Shown: positions 21,386 to 33,837, numbered from the stretch's first letter. The stretch: 64,000 nt of DNA from Blastocladiella emersonii ATCC 22665 (GCA_025594325.1 JANHCV010000010.1:1240001-1304000), one strand, 5' to 3'. Program-made: numbers and translations. Notes: generated by a model from the sequence alone, not told the origin.

Positions 21386-23265
21386 ATGGCATCGCGCAAA
21401 GACCGCTTCCCATGTACCGGTGTCGGCGGCTGCAAGCTGCGGTATCTCAAGTTCAAGTGTCAAGGTACGGTAGCGGCGGGCTGAATCGTCACGGCCTTCG
21501 CTCACCAGGTCTCGTGTTTAGATGAGCCCGGCACCATCGAGTTCTACCAGACGCTCGGCATGACGCTGGACGGGCGGAGCAACTTTGGCAAGTACCACTA
21601 CTCGTTCCGGCTGACGTACCGGACGTCGAGTGTCGAGTTCAACGAGAACAGCCTGGCGCTGCTGTTCGAGGTGCAGCGCAACCTCGGGTCGGGCGACATC
21701 CCGCCGCCGTCCATGTCGCCGCCCGCGGGGATGGTGGGCGACGCTGCCGCTGCCGCCGCGGGCGACCCGAACGCGGCCGCGAGCGCGGCGCCCGTGCTGT
21801 TCGACCGGACGTGTCCGCGCGACTACCTCGTCATCTACGTGCACTTTCTGCCGCGCGTGATCAAGCGGCTGCACAGCAAGGGGTTCAAGCCGCTGCTCGG
21901 GCTGCAGGCGTACATGAGCATCCAGTACGCGATGTTTCTCGACCCGAACGGCATCGAGATCCGGCTGATGGAGATGCCGGACGTGTACCTCAACGAGGTG
22001 ACCAACAAAACGCAGTGGTTCGCTCGTCTCGGGTACTACGTCGCGCAGGTGGGCAACGGCGACGACATGCGCCACTACATGGAGTCCATCTTCTCCAAGC
22101 AGCGCCGCACCCAGGCCATGGTGCGCGCCATGCAGACCACGGCCACGGCCGGCAGCAGCGGCGACCCGACGGGCGTCAGTGGGGGCGGCGGGACCTCGTC
22201 GCTGCTCGCCATGGGCATCTCGGGCCCGCTCGGGTCCACGGGCGACGGCAACAGCGGGAACGGCGGAAACGGCGCGCCGAGCATGATGGGGTACCTCAAG
22301 CTGACGCAGGCGCCCAACACGCAGACCGTCGGTGGCAAGAAGGCGACGGCGACCGACCGGTTCTACCAGCGCGATGGGCTGCGTCTCGTCGACCAGGAAG
22401 ATGTGGCCACTGGGCTTCAGCAGACGCGCTACTTTTGGTTCGGCCAGGTCCCGCGCGAGAAGATGGGCACCGTGTGCTTCACGGAGCGGTCGGGCGCGTG
22501 GGACCGCGGTGGCGGGGGCGGCGGGGGTGGCTGGCGCGGGATGGCAGGGAACGGCGTCGCCATGGCCGCGGCCGGCGGACTCGTCAGCGCGACGGCGGGC
22601 CCGCGGCGCAACCACCGCCTCATTGCGATCGGCATCGAGGTCGGGTGCACGCTCGACTCGGCGCTGGCCCAGGTCATGAAGGAGGCGCCTGAGACGTGGA
22701 TCGTGTCCGACGAGCGGTGGCGCGTGCAGGGTACGCTCATCTCGCTCGCACACCTCTCCGTCCTCGCGTCACTGACTCTCGCACCCGTGTAGACGTCGGC
22801 TACATTGCCCGTGCGCGCGGCCTGTTCGACTTCCAGTTCGAGATCTGCAGCGTGCACGAGCCCGCGCCAGGCGAGCCGACGCTGCTCAAGCTCGGCGCGC
22901 ACACGGGCGGCGCCGCGAACCGGCGCGGGTTCAAGGGCGGTGCGGGCCGCGACCAGGGCGGCGCCACGACGCTCAGCCTGCGCACGCCCGGCAGCCCCGT
23001 GCCCGTCAACCCGTACGCGGGCCGCGGCGACCCGTTCATCAACTTCAACCAGGCGCTGCGGTCCGTGCTGTCCGAGAGCGCGCTGTGTCGCCCGCTGCTT
23101 GACGCGTCGGCTGCAGAGGCAGCCGCGTCGCCGCAGTCGCCGGGGCCCGGGCCGAACGGATCGTGGAACGGGCGCGGCGGCGCGAACCCGTCGCCCGCGC
23201 CGCTCGGGAGCCCGAAGCGTGGCGGGTCGGCGGCGCCGGCAAGAAAGCGGCGCAACTCGTTCTAG
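21386..23265 (+). CDS. Glyoxalase/VOC-fold-like protein (3 exons; introns 21465..21521 and 22731..22792)
   Basis: Spliced LRYLKFKCQDEPGTIEFYQTLGMTL and MFLDPNGIEIRLME match VOC beta-alpha-beta motifs; canonical splice sites keep frame. Confidence 0.65.
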
Positions 23266-23315
23266 ATGATGATAGACATGGTCTTTAACACACGCCAAAC
23301 GGAGAAAAAATACAT

Positions 23316-25010
23316 TCAGTAATCGGCAAACGACGCGCGCTTCGGCGGCGTGCCGTCGCGGCCGCCGCGGCTGTTGGTTCGCGGTCGCGTGGCGGTGGTC
23401 AGGGTCCCCTCACCGTCCGTACCCACCGCGCGACCAGCCGTGCCCGACAACGACGGGCGTCCTGAACCAGCCGAGTGCGCGAGCGTCGGGACCGGTGCGA
23501 TTGGGATGCTGCCGGCGTCGTCCTCGTCTCCGCCGACCGCGGGCAGCATGGCAACCGAGTCGAGCATCGATGTCTGCCGAATCTCGCCGAATGTGACGAT
23601 ACTCGACCGCCGCCCACCGGGCCGCGACAGGACGACCTCGTTCGCGTCCTCGTCGTCGCTGCTGCTCTCGTGTGTGCGCAGGTGGTGGCCCGTATACTTG
23701 TCGATCTTGCTGATCATGAGCTGGCCGAACGCGGACCGCGTCCCATCCGCGCCGCCGCCACCTCCCTTCCCACGCTGCTGCTGGTGCGCCGCCGTCGCCG
23801 CCGGGTGCGCGCGGTCGACGAGCCGCTCGCGGCGAAAGCAGCAGCACAGGTACCGCGCCCACCACGCGTTGAGGACGGGCACGGTCGGCGCCGAGTGCAG
23901 GATCTCGGCGGGCACCGCGGCCGAGTACGTGGACGCGTACATGGCCGCGTAGTTCTGCACCGTGAACTGGATGAAGATCACCTCGTCCCACACGCCGCCG
24001 AGCCCGAGCAGCGCCGTCACCAGGTACACGAGGATGGCCGCGCTGATGGGCCACGCCATGCCGAGGATCGCGCGCTCGAGGGCGCGGCGGGTCGCGTCGC
24101 GCGCGGACGGAGGGGACCGCGTGCCGGCCGCCGCCATGGTCGGGTCAGAGGGAGATGGCGAGTGCGGCTCAATGGTCGAGTCGCTGACGCCCTGCGTTGT
24201 GACGGTGCCCGTCGGCGAGGCAGACGCCGCGCTCGCGGTGGGCGATGGTCGCGCGGGCGGTGTTCCGTGGACCACGGAGCTGGCGTTGCTCGCGTTGCGC
24301 AGCGCGGCGATCCGAAGCGACTGCCGCGGCGTCTGCGGGGCGGAACCGGCGAGCGGGACCACGGTCGGCTTGAGTGCGGACGTGGGCGCCGAGGGGAGGG
24401 ACGGCGGCGGCGGTCGCCGGCGCGCCGACTCGCGGAGCTGGAGCAGCGGCGGGCCCGCAAGGACCGCGACGATGGCCGCGTACACGACGCAGTAGATGAG
24501 CTTGCCCGCGTTGTTCGCGGCCATGTCGTAGTACGCGTAGCAGAACCCGTCGCCGCCGATCCGGACCGTGCGGAAGATGCACGTCAGGACGATGAGGACG
24601 GTGCCGACCGCGAACAGCGACAGCAGGATCGCGCGCGCGATCCGCCGCGGGTACTGCAGGCACCAGCGCCCGTTCAGCCACCGCCGCGGCGTGAGCCGCG
24701 TGGTGCGGATGACGAGGATCGTGGTCGAAAGCACCTGGAACCCGACGAACGTCAGGTCGGCCGTGCTGATGACGAGGTTGCACACGAGCGCCGCGAGGTC
24801 GGAGCCGAGGTTCCCCGCGAGCGTGGCGCCGGGGACCGAGTGGACGACGGCGAAGAAGACCTGGTTCGCGAGCATGAAGCAGGCGGCGAGGACGAGCATG
24901 ACGCGGTGCGTAGTCGGCTCGAAGATGAGCCCCTGGGAGTTGACGTAGATGAGGTGCGCGCCCAGGGGCAGCGAGGCCCCGAGGAAGAGCAGCGTGAGCT
25001 CGCGCGGCAT
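23316..25010 (-). CDS. Orphan 7-TM GPCR-like receptor with long third intracellular loop and C-tail
   Basis: Seven hydrophobic segments; Cys near the start of TM3 (LVCN) and in ECL2 (GFCY); Ser/Pro-rich ICL3. Confidence 0.6.
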   Translation of the reverse strand: MPRELTLLFLGASLPLGAHLIYVNSQGLIFEPTTHRVMLVLAACFMLANQVFFAVVHSVPGATLAGNLGSDLAALVCNLVISTADLTFVGFQVLSTTILVIRTTRLTPRRWLNGRWCLQYPRRIARAILLSLFAVGTVLIVLTCIFRTVRIGGDGFCYAYYDMAANNAGKLIYCVVYAAIVAVLAGPPLLQLRESARRRPPPPSLPSAPTSALKPTVVPLAGSAPQTPRQSLRIAALRNASNASSVVHGTPPARPSPTASAASASPTGTVTTQGVSDSTIEPHSPSPSDPTMAAAGTRSPPSARDATRRALERAILGMAWPISAAILVYLVTALLGLGGVWDEVIFIQFTVQNYAAMYASTYSAAVPAEILHSAPTVPVLNAWWARYLCCCFRRERLVDRAHPAATAAHQQQRGKGGGGGADGTRSAFGQLMISKIDKYTGHHLRTHESSSDDEDANEVVLSRPGGRRSSIVTFGEIRQTSMLDSVAMLPAVGGDEDDAGSIPIAPVPTLAHSAGSGRPSLSGTAGRAVGTDGEGTLTTATRPRTNSRGGRDGTPPKRASFADY

Positions 25011-25415
25011 GGCGGCGGCGGCGAGCGGTTCTCAGCGATGGTCGTGGCCGCTGCGGGGCGATGGTTGCATGGTGCTTCGTTGGGCCTCGAAGAGCCGGCG
25101 GTGTGTTTCTGGACTCGAGGCGATGGCCTCGGCAGCAAACGTTAGGTCCCTCATGTCTCCACGAATCTGGGCCGAGGGCGGCGTGTGGCGCAACGCGTCG
25201 GGAGACGCGTCTCTCACTTTGAACTCGCTCGCGCGTCCAGCTCCTCGGCGTGCTCTCGTAGGATGACTTCGCTCGCGCTCAACGCTCAGGTATCTCAGGC
25301 AAGCAGTGATCCAGACTAGGGCAGCTCGAATTGAACACACACGAAACCGCCGGCGCGCGTGTAAGGTCATGGAAAACATGGATCGAATGAGGGGGAGAGA
25401 TTCGAAACGAGTGCT

Positions 25416-26535
25416 TTACACGAAGCCAATGCGGTTGGCAACCTCCATGGCGTCAACATCGGCGGCGAGGCGGACGTAGGCCTTCTTCTTGCCGTCGGGG
25501 CGGATGAGGGTGCGGACCTTCTTGACCTCGACCTGGAACGAGTCCTTGACGGCCTGCTTGATCTGGTACTTGTTGGCGAGCACGTCAACGAGGAACACCA
25601 GCGTGTTCTCGTCCTCAATGGACTTCATGGCCGTCTCGGTGGTGAGGGGGTTCTTGAGGATGTTGAGCGAGTTGAGGCGGGGGGCAGCGGGCGCCGACTT
25701 GCGCGAGTACTTGGGCTTGCGGGCAAGACGGAGGGTCTTGGGCAGGTGGAAGGTGACCGAGGTGCGGACCTTGCGGGTCTTGGTGCCCTGGGTGCCCTTG
25801 AGGGCGGCCTTGCGGGCGGCAACAGCCTTAGCCTTGGCTATAGGACGGGACGGAGCGCAGGGGAGGCGGACGAGTCAGCCAGAGGTTCGTTGGGACGGGG
25901 TTTCGCGCAGCAACACCACAATCTCGCCACCAGTGCAACGCCAGAGGTCACCACTGCCGAGAACGCCGCCACTGACGCCGCGACCGCCGATACCGCCTCG
26001 AAACGTTCGGCCGGAATTTCGTCAGGACCAGAGGTCTGAGGACGTAACGGACTGCAGTGCGCCGAGCGATGCGGAGCGGAGCGGCCGCACGAGTACCGGC
26101 ACGACCAGCCGTCCGCCGTCCGCCGTCCGCCATGCGACGATCAAAATTTCGGCATGCCGGCGGTCTCCGCACGACAGGCATCGGTTTGTGCGTGCCGGCA
26201 GAGGTTCGACAGGCGGCGTTTCGGACGACGTGCGGACGATACGGCGGCTCATACGGTCATGCGGCGGCGCGGCGTGCGGATGGTTGGACGTGACGACCGC
26301 ATCCCGGCGACGTAATTTCCACCCGGCGAAGGTTCTACGGCCAGGCAGAAATCCGTCGCGCAGAGTTTCTGCAGGCGGGTGGTGACGGCGGTCCATCCGC
26401 GGCGAGTGCGGGGTGACGAGGCGAGGCGGTGGTCACGGCGGTGACGGCGAGACGTTGCATGGTGGCGATTTCATGGTTTTTTGCGCGTCGGCGTGCAGGC
26501 GCATGACACGGACGGGTAGCGGCGGACTTCGACAT
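25416..26535 (-). CDS. RPL25: 60S ribosomal protein uL23 (L25/L23a); exon1 26514..26535, exon2 25416..25837
   Basis: [16 protein letters not shown]...[17 protein letters not shown]...[14 protein letters not shown]; exon 1 MSKSAAT inferred from a GTCCGT donor (same donor as in the ATOS gene) in the correct phase. Confidence 0.93.
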
Positions 26536-27329
26536 GCTAGCTACGTGATGCTGCCGTGTAGCGAGAGGTGGGCAGGACGACGTCGTTCCAACACGATATC
26601 AGCGGCGGCGAGCGGCGACCGAGCGGCGACCGAGCGGCAGGCCAGGCCGGCGCCAGGGCTGGCGCAGGGCAGGGTGCAAAGTGGCTGAGTGTGGCGCAAA
26701 GTTGAAATCGAGTCGCAGGTGAGTTCACTGCCACTTCCGTCGTGGCGCGCTGCGCCACACCACCTCCCGATCACTCCCAGGATCACCTCCACCAGTTGGA
26801 CACCTTCGCGCGCATCCCGCAATCAAGAAAGGTCTGATTTCGGTGTGCAGAAACTCACGAGTGAGCTCCCAACACTCGCGCGAAACACTCCACCGCAACA
26901 AGGACAGGCTCGGGTCAAGCGGCAGTGTGAGTTGCAAGACCCCCAGGACAGCGTTCGCGAAAGTGCATCAGTCGGCAAACCTCTCGGTTACGCTCAAGAA
27001 TACATAGCTATCGAGTGTTTCCGCGTTCTCGCTGACGGTGGACCTCAAATGCGACGCTTAGTACAAACGCACGTGACCTACGCCGTTGCTGCGAGGCCTC
27101 GCGATGACGCTGCTTGTCCTCGCCATGATCCCCGCAGCTGACTGCGACTGACCCAACGGAGAAGGGCACCGTATCGAGGAGCTCCGAAGTCAAGAGCCAC
27201 GCGTCAAGTGCCGGCCTCAGTCGCGACCCAACCTTGCTTCATCCAACAAACTGCATGTCGACACGAGTGAGATCACACACGAACACGTCCTCACTGTATT
27301 CCAGCACCCTCAACGCACAATACGTTTCA

Positions 27330-30300
27330 TCACGGCGTCTTGGGCGCCTCCGACACCGCCTCCTCGCCCTCAAGCGACGCGGGCGACTGCCGACCCGCCG
27401 CCGACCCACGATCACGACCATGGTGGAACTTGAACCCGTCGATCTCGAGGTCGAGCCCGAGCTGGCGCGGGATCGGGTTCGGCGGGCTGACGTCGCCGTC
27501 CCACCCGGCCGCGCTCGCGGCGTCGTCCTCCGAGTCGCCCTCGCCCTCGCCCTCGGCGCCCGCGTGGCCCTGCGCGTGGTGGTACTGGCGGTACGGGAGC
27601 CACTGGCCCGCCGCCGCAGCTGCCGCGGCTGCACCGGCGGATCCGCCGGCGGACGTCGGGCGCGGGTACCCGGGGTACAGCCCGCCGTCGAACCCGCCAG
27701 CCGCCGCCGCGGACGTCGCGGACCCGGCCGTGTGCGGTCGCTGCTGGTGGTGGAGTCCGAGGAAGTGGACGGGTCGCGGGTAGTGCGACTGCGCGGGATA
27801 CCCCGCGGCGCCACCGTCGCCACGGACCCCGGCCGGTCCGGACCCAGGCGCGCGCGGGAGCGTGGGCGAGACGGGGAGGTACGAGCTGTGTCGGCGGCCC
27901 GACGCGAAGCTGGCGTGCATGGCGAGGAGGTGCTCGTGGTGCGGGTCCCACTCGGTGCCGGGGCGGCGCGCGTCGGGTACCGGCGCCGAGTGCGAGAGCG
28001 CGCCGCGCGGGTACCCGGACTCGTCGAGGTCGCCGTCGTCGGCCGCAGAGGGGCCGAACGAGGACCAGCCCGCGGACGCGGACGTGGGCGGGTACCACCC
28101 GCCGTTGTTGGATGCGGTCGTGCGGCCCATGGCGGCGGCGTACGGCGAGACGACGGTGCTCGATGCGGCGCCCGGCGTCGGGTACTGCGCGTGCACGTGC
28201 CCGTGGGCGTGGTGCTGGTACGCCTGCTGCTGGAGGTAGTACTCGTCGGACGCGGTCGCCGTGTTGTGCGGGACCGACGCGCGGCGGTACCCACCAGCCG
28301 AACTGGCGGTGCCGTACGGGTCGGCCGCAACCGCCTGCGGGTCGTCGTACGCCTCGGGCGACGCGTACATGGCGGCGTCGGCGTACGGGTCTGGGGTGCG
28401 CGAGTCGGCGAACCGGTGCGCCGCGGGCCGCTGCGTAAGCCCGTAATGGTGATGGTGGGCGAACGGCGGCTCGTCCGAGGCAAAGTACCCGGTCGCGGGA
28501 GCGCCGCCCCACTGACTCGAAGCTGCGGGAGCGCTGCGGTTCCAGCGGTCCGACTCGGCGGCCGCGCCCCACTTTCCGCCCTCGTTCGCGCCCCACACCG
28601 ACGCGCCGGCGCCCGCGCTGGCGCTGTACGCGTCCTCGGCCTCAGCATCCGCGTCCTCGATGGGCGACGGGAGCAGCGGGTCGGCGTGCGCCACGGCGCC
28701 GGCCGCGGCCGAGAGCGACATTTTGCGGGCCGCAGCGACCGCGGCCTGCGGGTTGACGAGCAGCGGGCTGACGCGCGCCTTGCCGGGCCCGACGGGTCCC
28801 GCGGCGGAAGCCGGGACCGCGGACGCAGCGTGGTGCGGTGCGGCACCACCGCTTGCGCCGGTCCCGTGGTACCGGCGCTGGTGCTCGAGCATGGCCTGGA
28901 GGACCGCGCGCGACGTGGCGGCCGTCGACGGCGCGTTTGCCGCCGAGGTCACGGGCGCCGCAACGGGCGGGGGCGGCGGCGGCGGCGTCGCGGTGCGCAC
29001 AAGGAGGTGCGCGGGCGGGGTATGTGCGCGGGCCGCGAGGATGCTGGGCGACATGATCCCGGGCTCGGCGGCCGCGCCGCCGGTGGCCGATGGAGCCGAG
29101 GCGGACGACGAGAACGAGCCGGAGCGAGACCCGGGCGCGCGCGCGGACGCGGCGAGGAGGGGCGAGTTGACGCCGGCCGCAGCCGCTGCCGCGGCGGCGT
29201 AGTGCATCTGGTGCGTGTGCGCGTTGGCGCCGCCCGAGCGGTGTGTGGTGATGGGCCCAGGGACGGGGCTCGAGAGGGCGGAGCTGGACCCGTTCTGCGA
29301 CGCGGGCGGGAGCGCACCGCCACCACCCGTAGCCGAGTCAGGGAACAGCGAATACGTTCCCGCCGCGATCACGCCGTTCGCGACGTGCGAGAGCGCGGCG
29401 GCGACCGAGGCGGCGGTGGGCGGCTGGACGCGGCCGATGAGCGAGCGCGGCTGCAGGAGGGCCTGTGCGCTGGCGCTGGCGCCGGGGAGGTTGCCCATGC
29501 CCATGCCCATGCCGTTGACGACGCCGAGCAGGGTCTGGATCGGCTGGTCGAGCTGCAGCCCGGAGAAAGGGCTCCACGACTGCGACCGGCCGCGGCCCGT
29601 CGGGTCGCCGTTGGCGGCAGCAAAGAGCGGGGACCCCGCGAGCGCGGGCGGCGGCGGCGAGGGCGACGGGGCCGGGTGGAAGGGCGGCGGGGCGTGGTGA
29701 TAATGGAAGTGCCCGCCGCCCGCGGCCGCCGCGGCGGCGGTGCGGACCATGGCGGCGGACTTGGAAACGAGGACGGACGTCGGAATCGACGGCGGGAGGA
29801 TCGGCGACGGCGCAACGGCAGCGCCGGCACTCCCGGGCTGCGGCGACGCCGGGCGCGAGCGCGTTGGGCGGCCAGGGATTTGCGGGTCGACTACAAATGA
29901 ACGGAATGGAGCGAGTCAGCGTGTGTCCGCGCCGTGTCCAGGTGCTAAAGCAAAGGCGTACCATGCATGGGATCGAGACTCGGCTTGTCGGTGGGGACGA
30001 GCGACGGGAATGCCTCGAGGTGGTCGAGGCGGTCCTTGGACCAGACGCGCTTGATCTGGCCGGCGCTGCTAGCGTCCGACTGCTTCGACGGCGCGGCGTT
30101 GGTCTGCCGCTGCTGCTGTTGCCGCGGCAGCTGTTCGGTCTTAGCGGGTGCCGTCTTGGGCCGCTCAGCGCGACCGGCGGCCGCTGCAGGGACCACAGCA
30201 GGCACGACAGGCGGAGGAGGAAGCGCCGGTGTCTCATCTGGCTCGTGCACGCGCAGCTCCTCGGCCGAGGACGCCGAGTCGCGCTTCCCGCCCTTGGACC

Positions 30301-31552
30301 GCTTCCCGCGGCGGCGCGAGGCCGGCTTGGTCGGCGTAGTGGTGGCGGCAGCGGTCGACGGGAGGGGAGGAGGGAGGAGGGGAGGAGCGACGACGGTTTC
30401 GGGGGTCGAGGTGGCCACGGGGACGGAGACAGATACAGGTGCGGGAGGAACGGGAACGGGTGCAGGCGGCGGCGGGGGTAACGGGAGAGGTGCGGCAGCT
30501 GAGGGAGCGTCGACCGCGGCGACAGCGGGAGCGGGAGCGGGAGCGGGAGCGGGAGCGGGGGCGGGAGCGGGGGCGGGAGCGGGGGCGGGACGAGCAGCGT
30601 CCAAGGGCGGGGACACGACGGGCGGGATCGACTGCGAGACTGACGACGCACGCGCCGCGCGCGGATCGGCGGGGAGCGGACCGGTATCAGCGAGCGGGGC
30701 AGCATCGGGCGGGCGCGTCGAGTTGGCGGGCGACGGAGTGGTCCACGCCGCCATGTTGCGGGACCCGGCGCGCGAGCGGCGCGGCGTGGACCACCCGCCG
30801 CCGTCGTCGGTGCCCGCGTCGTCGGACGGCGGAGCGAGGTCGGACGCCGATGCGGATGCGGTTCGGCTCCGGGCAGGGTAGGCCGAGGACTTGCCGCTCG
30901 CGACGCGCGGCGTCCGGTCAAAGTCGCTGCCGCCGCTTCCGCTGCTGCTCGAGTGGGCGAGCTTTGGCGGTCGCTGCTGCTGCACGACGGGTGGTGTTGC
31001 GGGCGGATCGGCAGCGGGCCGTGCAGGCGGCTTGGACGGCGTCGCTGGCCAGGTGCCGGGCGAGACGGGCGGGATGTGGACGATGGTGCGCAGCGTTGGT
31101 GGGGTCGCTGGCGCGCTCGCTCGCTGCACAGAGGGCGACGTGCTGCTGCTGCTACTCGATCTGCTGCCCGATGCGGGCCATGGCGCGAGCGGCGACGCGG
31201 GCGCCGGCGAAGAAGACGGCGTCGACACAGCCGATCGCGTCGGCGTGCCGGGTGCGGAAGACTTTCGCTGCAACGCGGGCGAGCCGGAGGCGCCACGCTT
31301 GGCGGATCCAGCAGCAGCAGCAGCGGCCTGCGGCTGGCGGCGGCCCGACTCGGCGGCGGCGGCGGCGGCGAGCAGCGAGTCGCGGTGCTGGCGCACGACG
31401 AGGTTGGCGAGGAGTCCGAACAGGAGGCCGAGCAGGGTCGATCCGAAGCACGAGAAGATGAGGACGACGGCAATGAGGAAGCCGACCAGCGTCGACACGG
31501 GCGACAGGCCGACGAAGGACAGCGCGGCGAGGGTCTTGCCGTGCGACACCAT
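27330..31552 (-). CDS. ~1383-aa N-terminally membrane-anchored, largely disordered protein (intron 29891..29961)
   Basis: GTACGC...TGTAG intron joins ORFs 29945..31825 and 27330..29750 in frame (MH|VDPQIP); N-terminal hydrophobic segments. Confidence 0.65.
30525..30590 (+). repeat. (GCGGGA/GCGGGG)n coding repeat (poly Pro-Ala on the minus strand)
   Basis: Visible 6-bp tandem array. Confidence 0.85.
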
Positions 31553-32640
31553 GGCGATGATTCGGTTGGTTGGAGGGTTGAAAGGTTGGAGGGTATTCAG
31601 AGTGCCGCGTTGATGGTGGACAACGAAGCGGACGCTGCGCGAGGGCGGATGCGGTCCCGAGTCGAAGCGTCGAGCGGCGGGCGGCAAAAAGTCCCGGCGG
31701 GGGCGTGGCAGGGCGCGCCGGGGCGGAGCGGATGCGTTGCAGGGAGTCGCGGCCTCGGCCGGTCTAAGCTTCGTAGCGGTCAAGGGCGGGCGGGGGGGGG
31801 GGGGGAGGGGGAGAGCTTGAGCCACACGCGCGCGTTGGCGGGGGAGAGCAGCGGAGATGGCACGGCAAGGGACAAGCGTTTCGCTCAGCGCGGCCCCCGT
31901 GGTCGCTGCGTGACGCTCAACCCGCTCAACACGGACAGCCCGAGAACGGGGACCTCGCCGTGCCCACCCACACCCGGCAAATCACTCGCGCCGGCCCTGA
32001 TCCTGGCCTAATCGATCCCTGAGCACGCTCTCCAGCAACCCGCTTCACTGAGCGACGATCCGCTCCGTCCCAGCGCGTCAGCAGCGAGCGGTCGCTGATT
32101 TCTTCCGACGCAACGTCAAACGACGGCCGCAAACACACGGCACGGCGTGCGGGGAGCTGAAACGAGATTCCGGCCCGTCGATCACTGGCGCGCGAAGAAA
32201 AAAAGTGACGCAGCCGCGGTCACGCGCGCGCAGCGTGACTCTGATCGAGATGTGATCTCGAACCGCGAGACACTCGTGTCCCCGCGCTGCGCCACGCGCG
32301 CCATCGCCACTTCATTTCGCGCTCGCCCGCCCAACCAGCTGCCCGCGCGCCCTCATGAGCTTGCAAAATGAACCGAGATGCTCGCCCGAGCGTCCCTGCA
32401 TTTGCCAAGCCACCTCCACTCCCGCCCGCACTCGATTGCTGCAAGCGCGGTTTTCCGCGGGCGCGCACAGGGCGGGCGGAGGCTTCCATAAAGCTCAGCT
32501 TGTCCCCGCCCACCGCTGCGGCTCCCGCTATCCTACTGACCATATAGACTCGAGGGAACTGTGTTCCCCCGCTAGACAATCATCGTTCGTTTACCAACCA
32601 CTCCATCCACCTTCTCCATCACCACCTCCTTGCCTTCACG

Positions 32641-33837
32641 ATGCACGCCTCGGTCGTCAACCTCCTCCTCATCGCCCTCGCCGTTGCCGCCACGGCTCCG
32701 GGCGCCGACGCCTCGGCCAACATCGTCATCGGGACGCCCTCGACGAGCCCCATCACCATCGGCACGGGTTCGGGCTCCGGTTCCGCGCCCTCGACGCCGC
32801 CGTCGACGCCCACGGGCCCCGTCGAGTCGTACCAGCAGGAGCTGCTCAACCTGGTCAACGAGCACCGCCGCAGCATCGGCGCGCAGCCGCTGTGCCTGAC
32901 GCCGACGCTCAACGACGCGGCCACGGTCCACTCGCTCGACATGGCCGCCAACCGGTACATGGCGCACGAGGGCACGCGCGGCGAGTCGCCCTTCGACCGC
33001 ATGCGCAACACGGGCTACACGGGCTTCACGGCCGCCGCCGAGAACGTGGCCTTCGCGAGCACGGGCGGCTCGCTCATGGGCGAGACGGCGCAGAGCGCCT
33101 ACAAGTCGTGGATCAACTCGGCCGGCCACCGCGCCAACATCGAGAACCCCGCCTACAACCAGATGGGCGCCGCCCGCGCGCTCGGCAACTGCCCCGGCTC
33201 GGCCGGCGGCATGCAGTGCGCCTACTGGACCCAGACGTTCGGCACCAACAACCTGAACCAGTACGGGTGCGCCGGCGACGGCTACGGCAAGCCCGCGGCT
33301 CCCGCGCCCGCGTCGGCCCCCGCCAAGGTCGTAGCCGCTGCTGAGCAGCCCAAGCCCAAGGCGCCCAAGCCCGCGCCCGAGCAGAACGGCGTCGAGGCCA
33401 CGCACACCGAGGCGCCCAAGGCCGTCGACCCCGCTACCTCGCTCACGACGCCGCCCGCGCAGCCCGCGCCCGCGGCCAAGAGGTACAACCACGGCGGCCG
33501 GCCCGCTGCTCCCGCTGCAGGCACCGACCCGGCTCGCTCTGACGGCGGTGACAAGAAGCACAGCGGCTACGGCGGCAGCCGTCCCGCGCCCGCGGCGACC
33601 GCTGACGCGGGCTACGCGAAGCCCTCGCCGTCGCCCGCCGCTGTCGACCCCGCGTCGAACGCGTCGTACGGCCGCGACTCGGAGGCGCCCGCGGCCCCCG
33701 CGGCGGCCGACCCGGCTGGTAACGGGTACGGCGCGGCCAAGCCCGTGGCCAAGAAGCCCAAGGCGTGCCGCAAGCGCCGCACGGCGCCCCAGGGCCAGGA
33801 TCCCGCCAAGGGCGCGGGGTACGGGTCCAAGTACTAG
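32641..33837 (+). CDS. Secreted CAP/SCP (PR-1-like) domain protein with Pro/Ala-rich tail
   Basis: Signal peptide; LLNLVNEHRRSIGAQPL, HSLDMAANRYMAH, AENVA, WINSAGHRANI, YWTQTF. Confidence 0.9.
   Translation: MHASVVNLLLIALAVAATAPGADASANIVIGTPSTSPITIGTGSGSGSAPSTPPSTPTGPVESYQQELLNLVNEHRRSIGAQPLCLTPTLNDAATVHSLDMAANRYMAHEGTRGESPFDRMRNTGYTGFTAAAENVAFASTGGSLMGETAQSAYKSWINSAGHRANIENPAYNQMGAARALGNCPGSAGGMQCAYWTQTFGTNNLNQYGCAGDGYGKPAAPAPASAPAKVVAAAEQPKPKAPKPAPEQNGVEATHTEAPKAVDPATSLTTPPAQPAPAAKRYNHGGRPAAPAAGTDPARSDGGDKKHSGYGGSRPAPAATADAGYAKPSPSPAAVDPASNASYGRDSEAPAAPAAADPAGNGYGAAKPVAKKPKACRKRRTAPQGQDPAKGAGYGSKY

Noticed and set aside
27234-29900. Very long antisense or alternate-frame ORFs (also 56413..59025, 42858..44774, 29338..31473, 23475..25145 and many others)
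   Set aside because: Arg/Gly/Pro-rich shadows of real genes, caused by stop-codon scarcity at high GC
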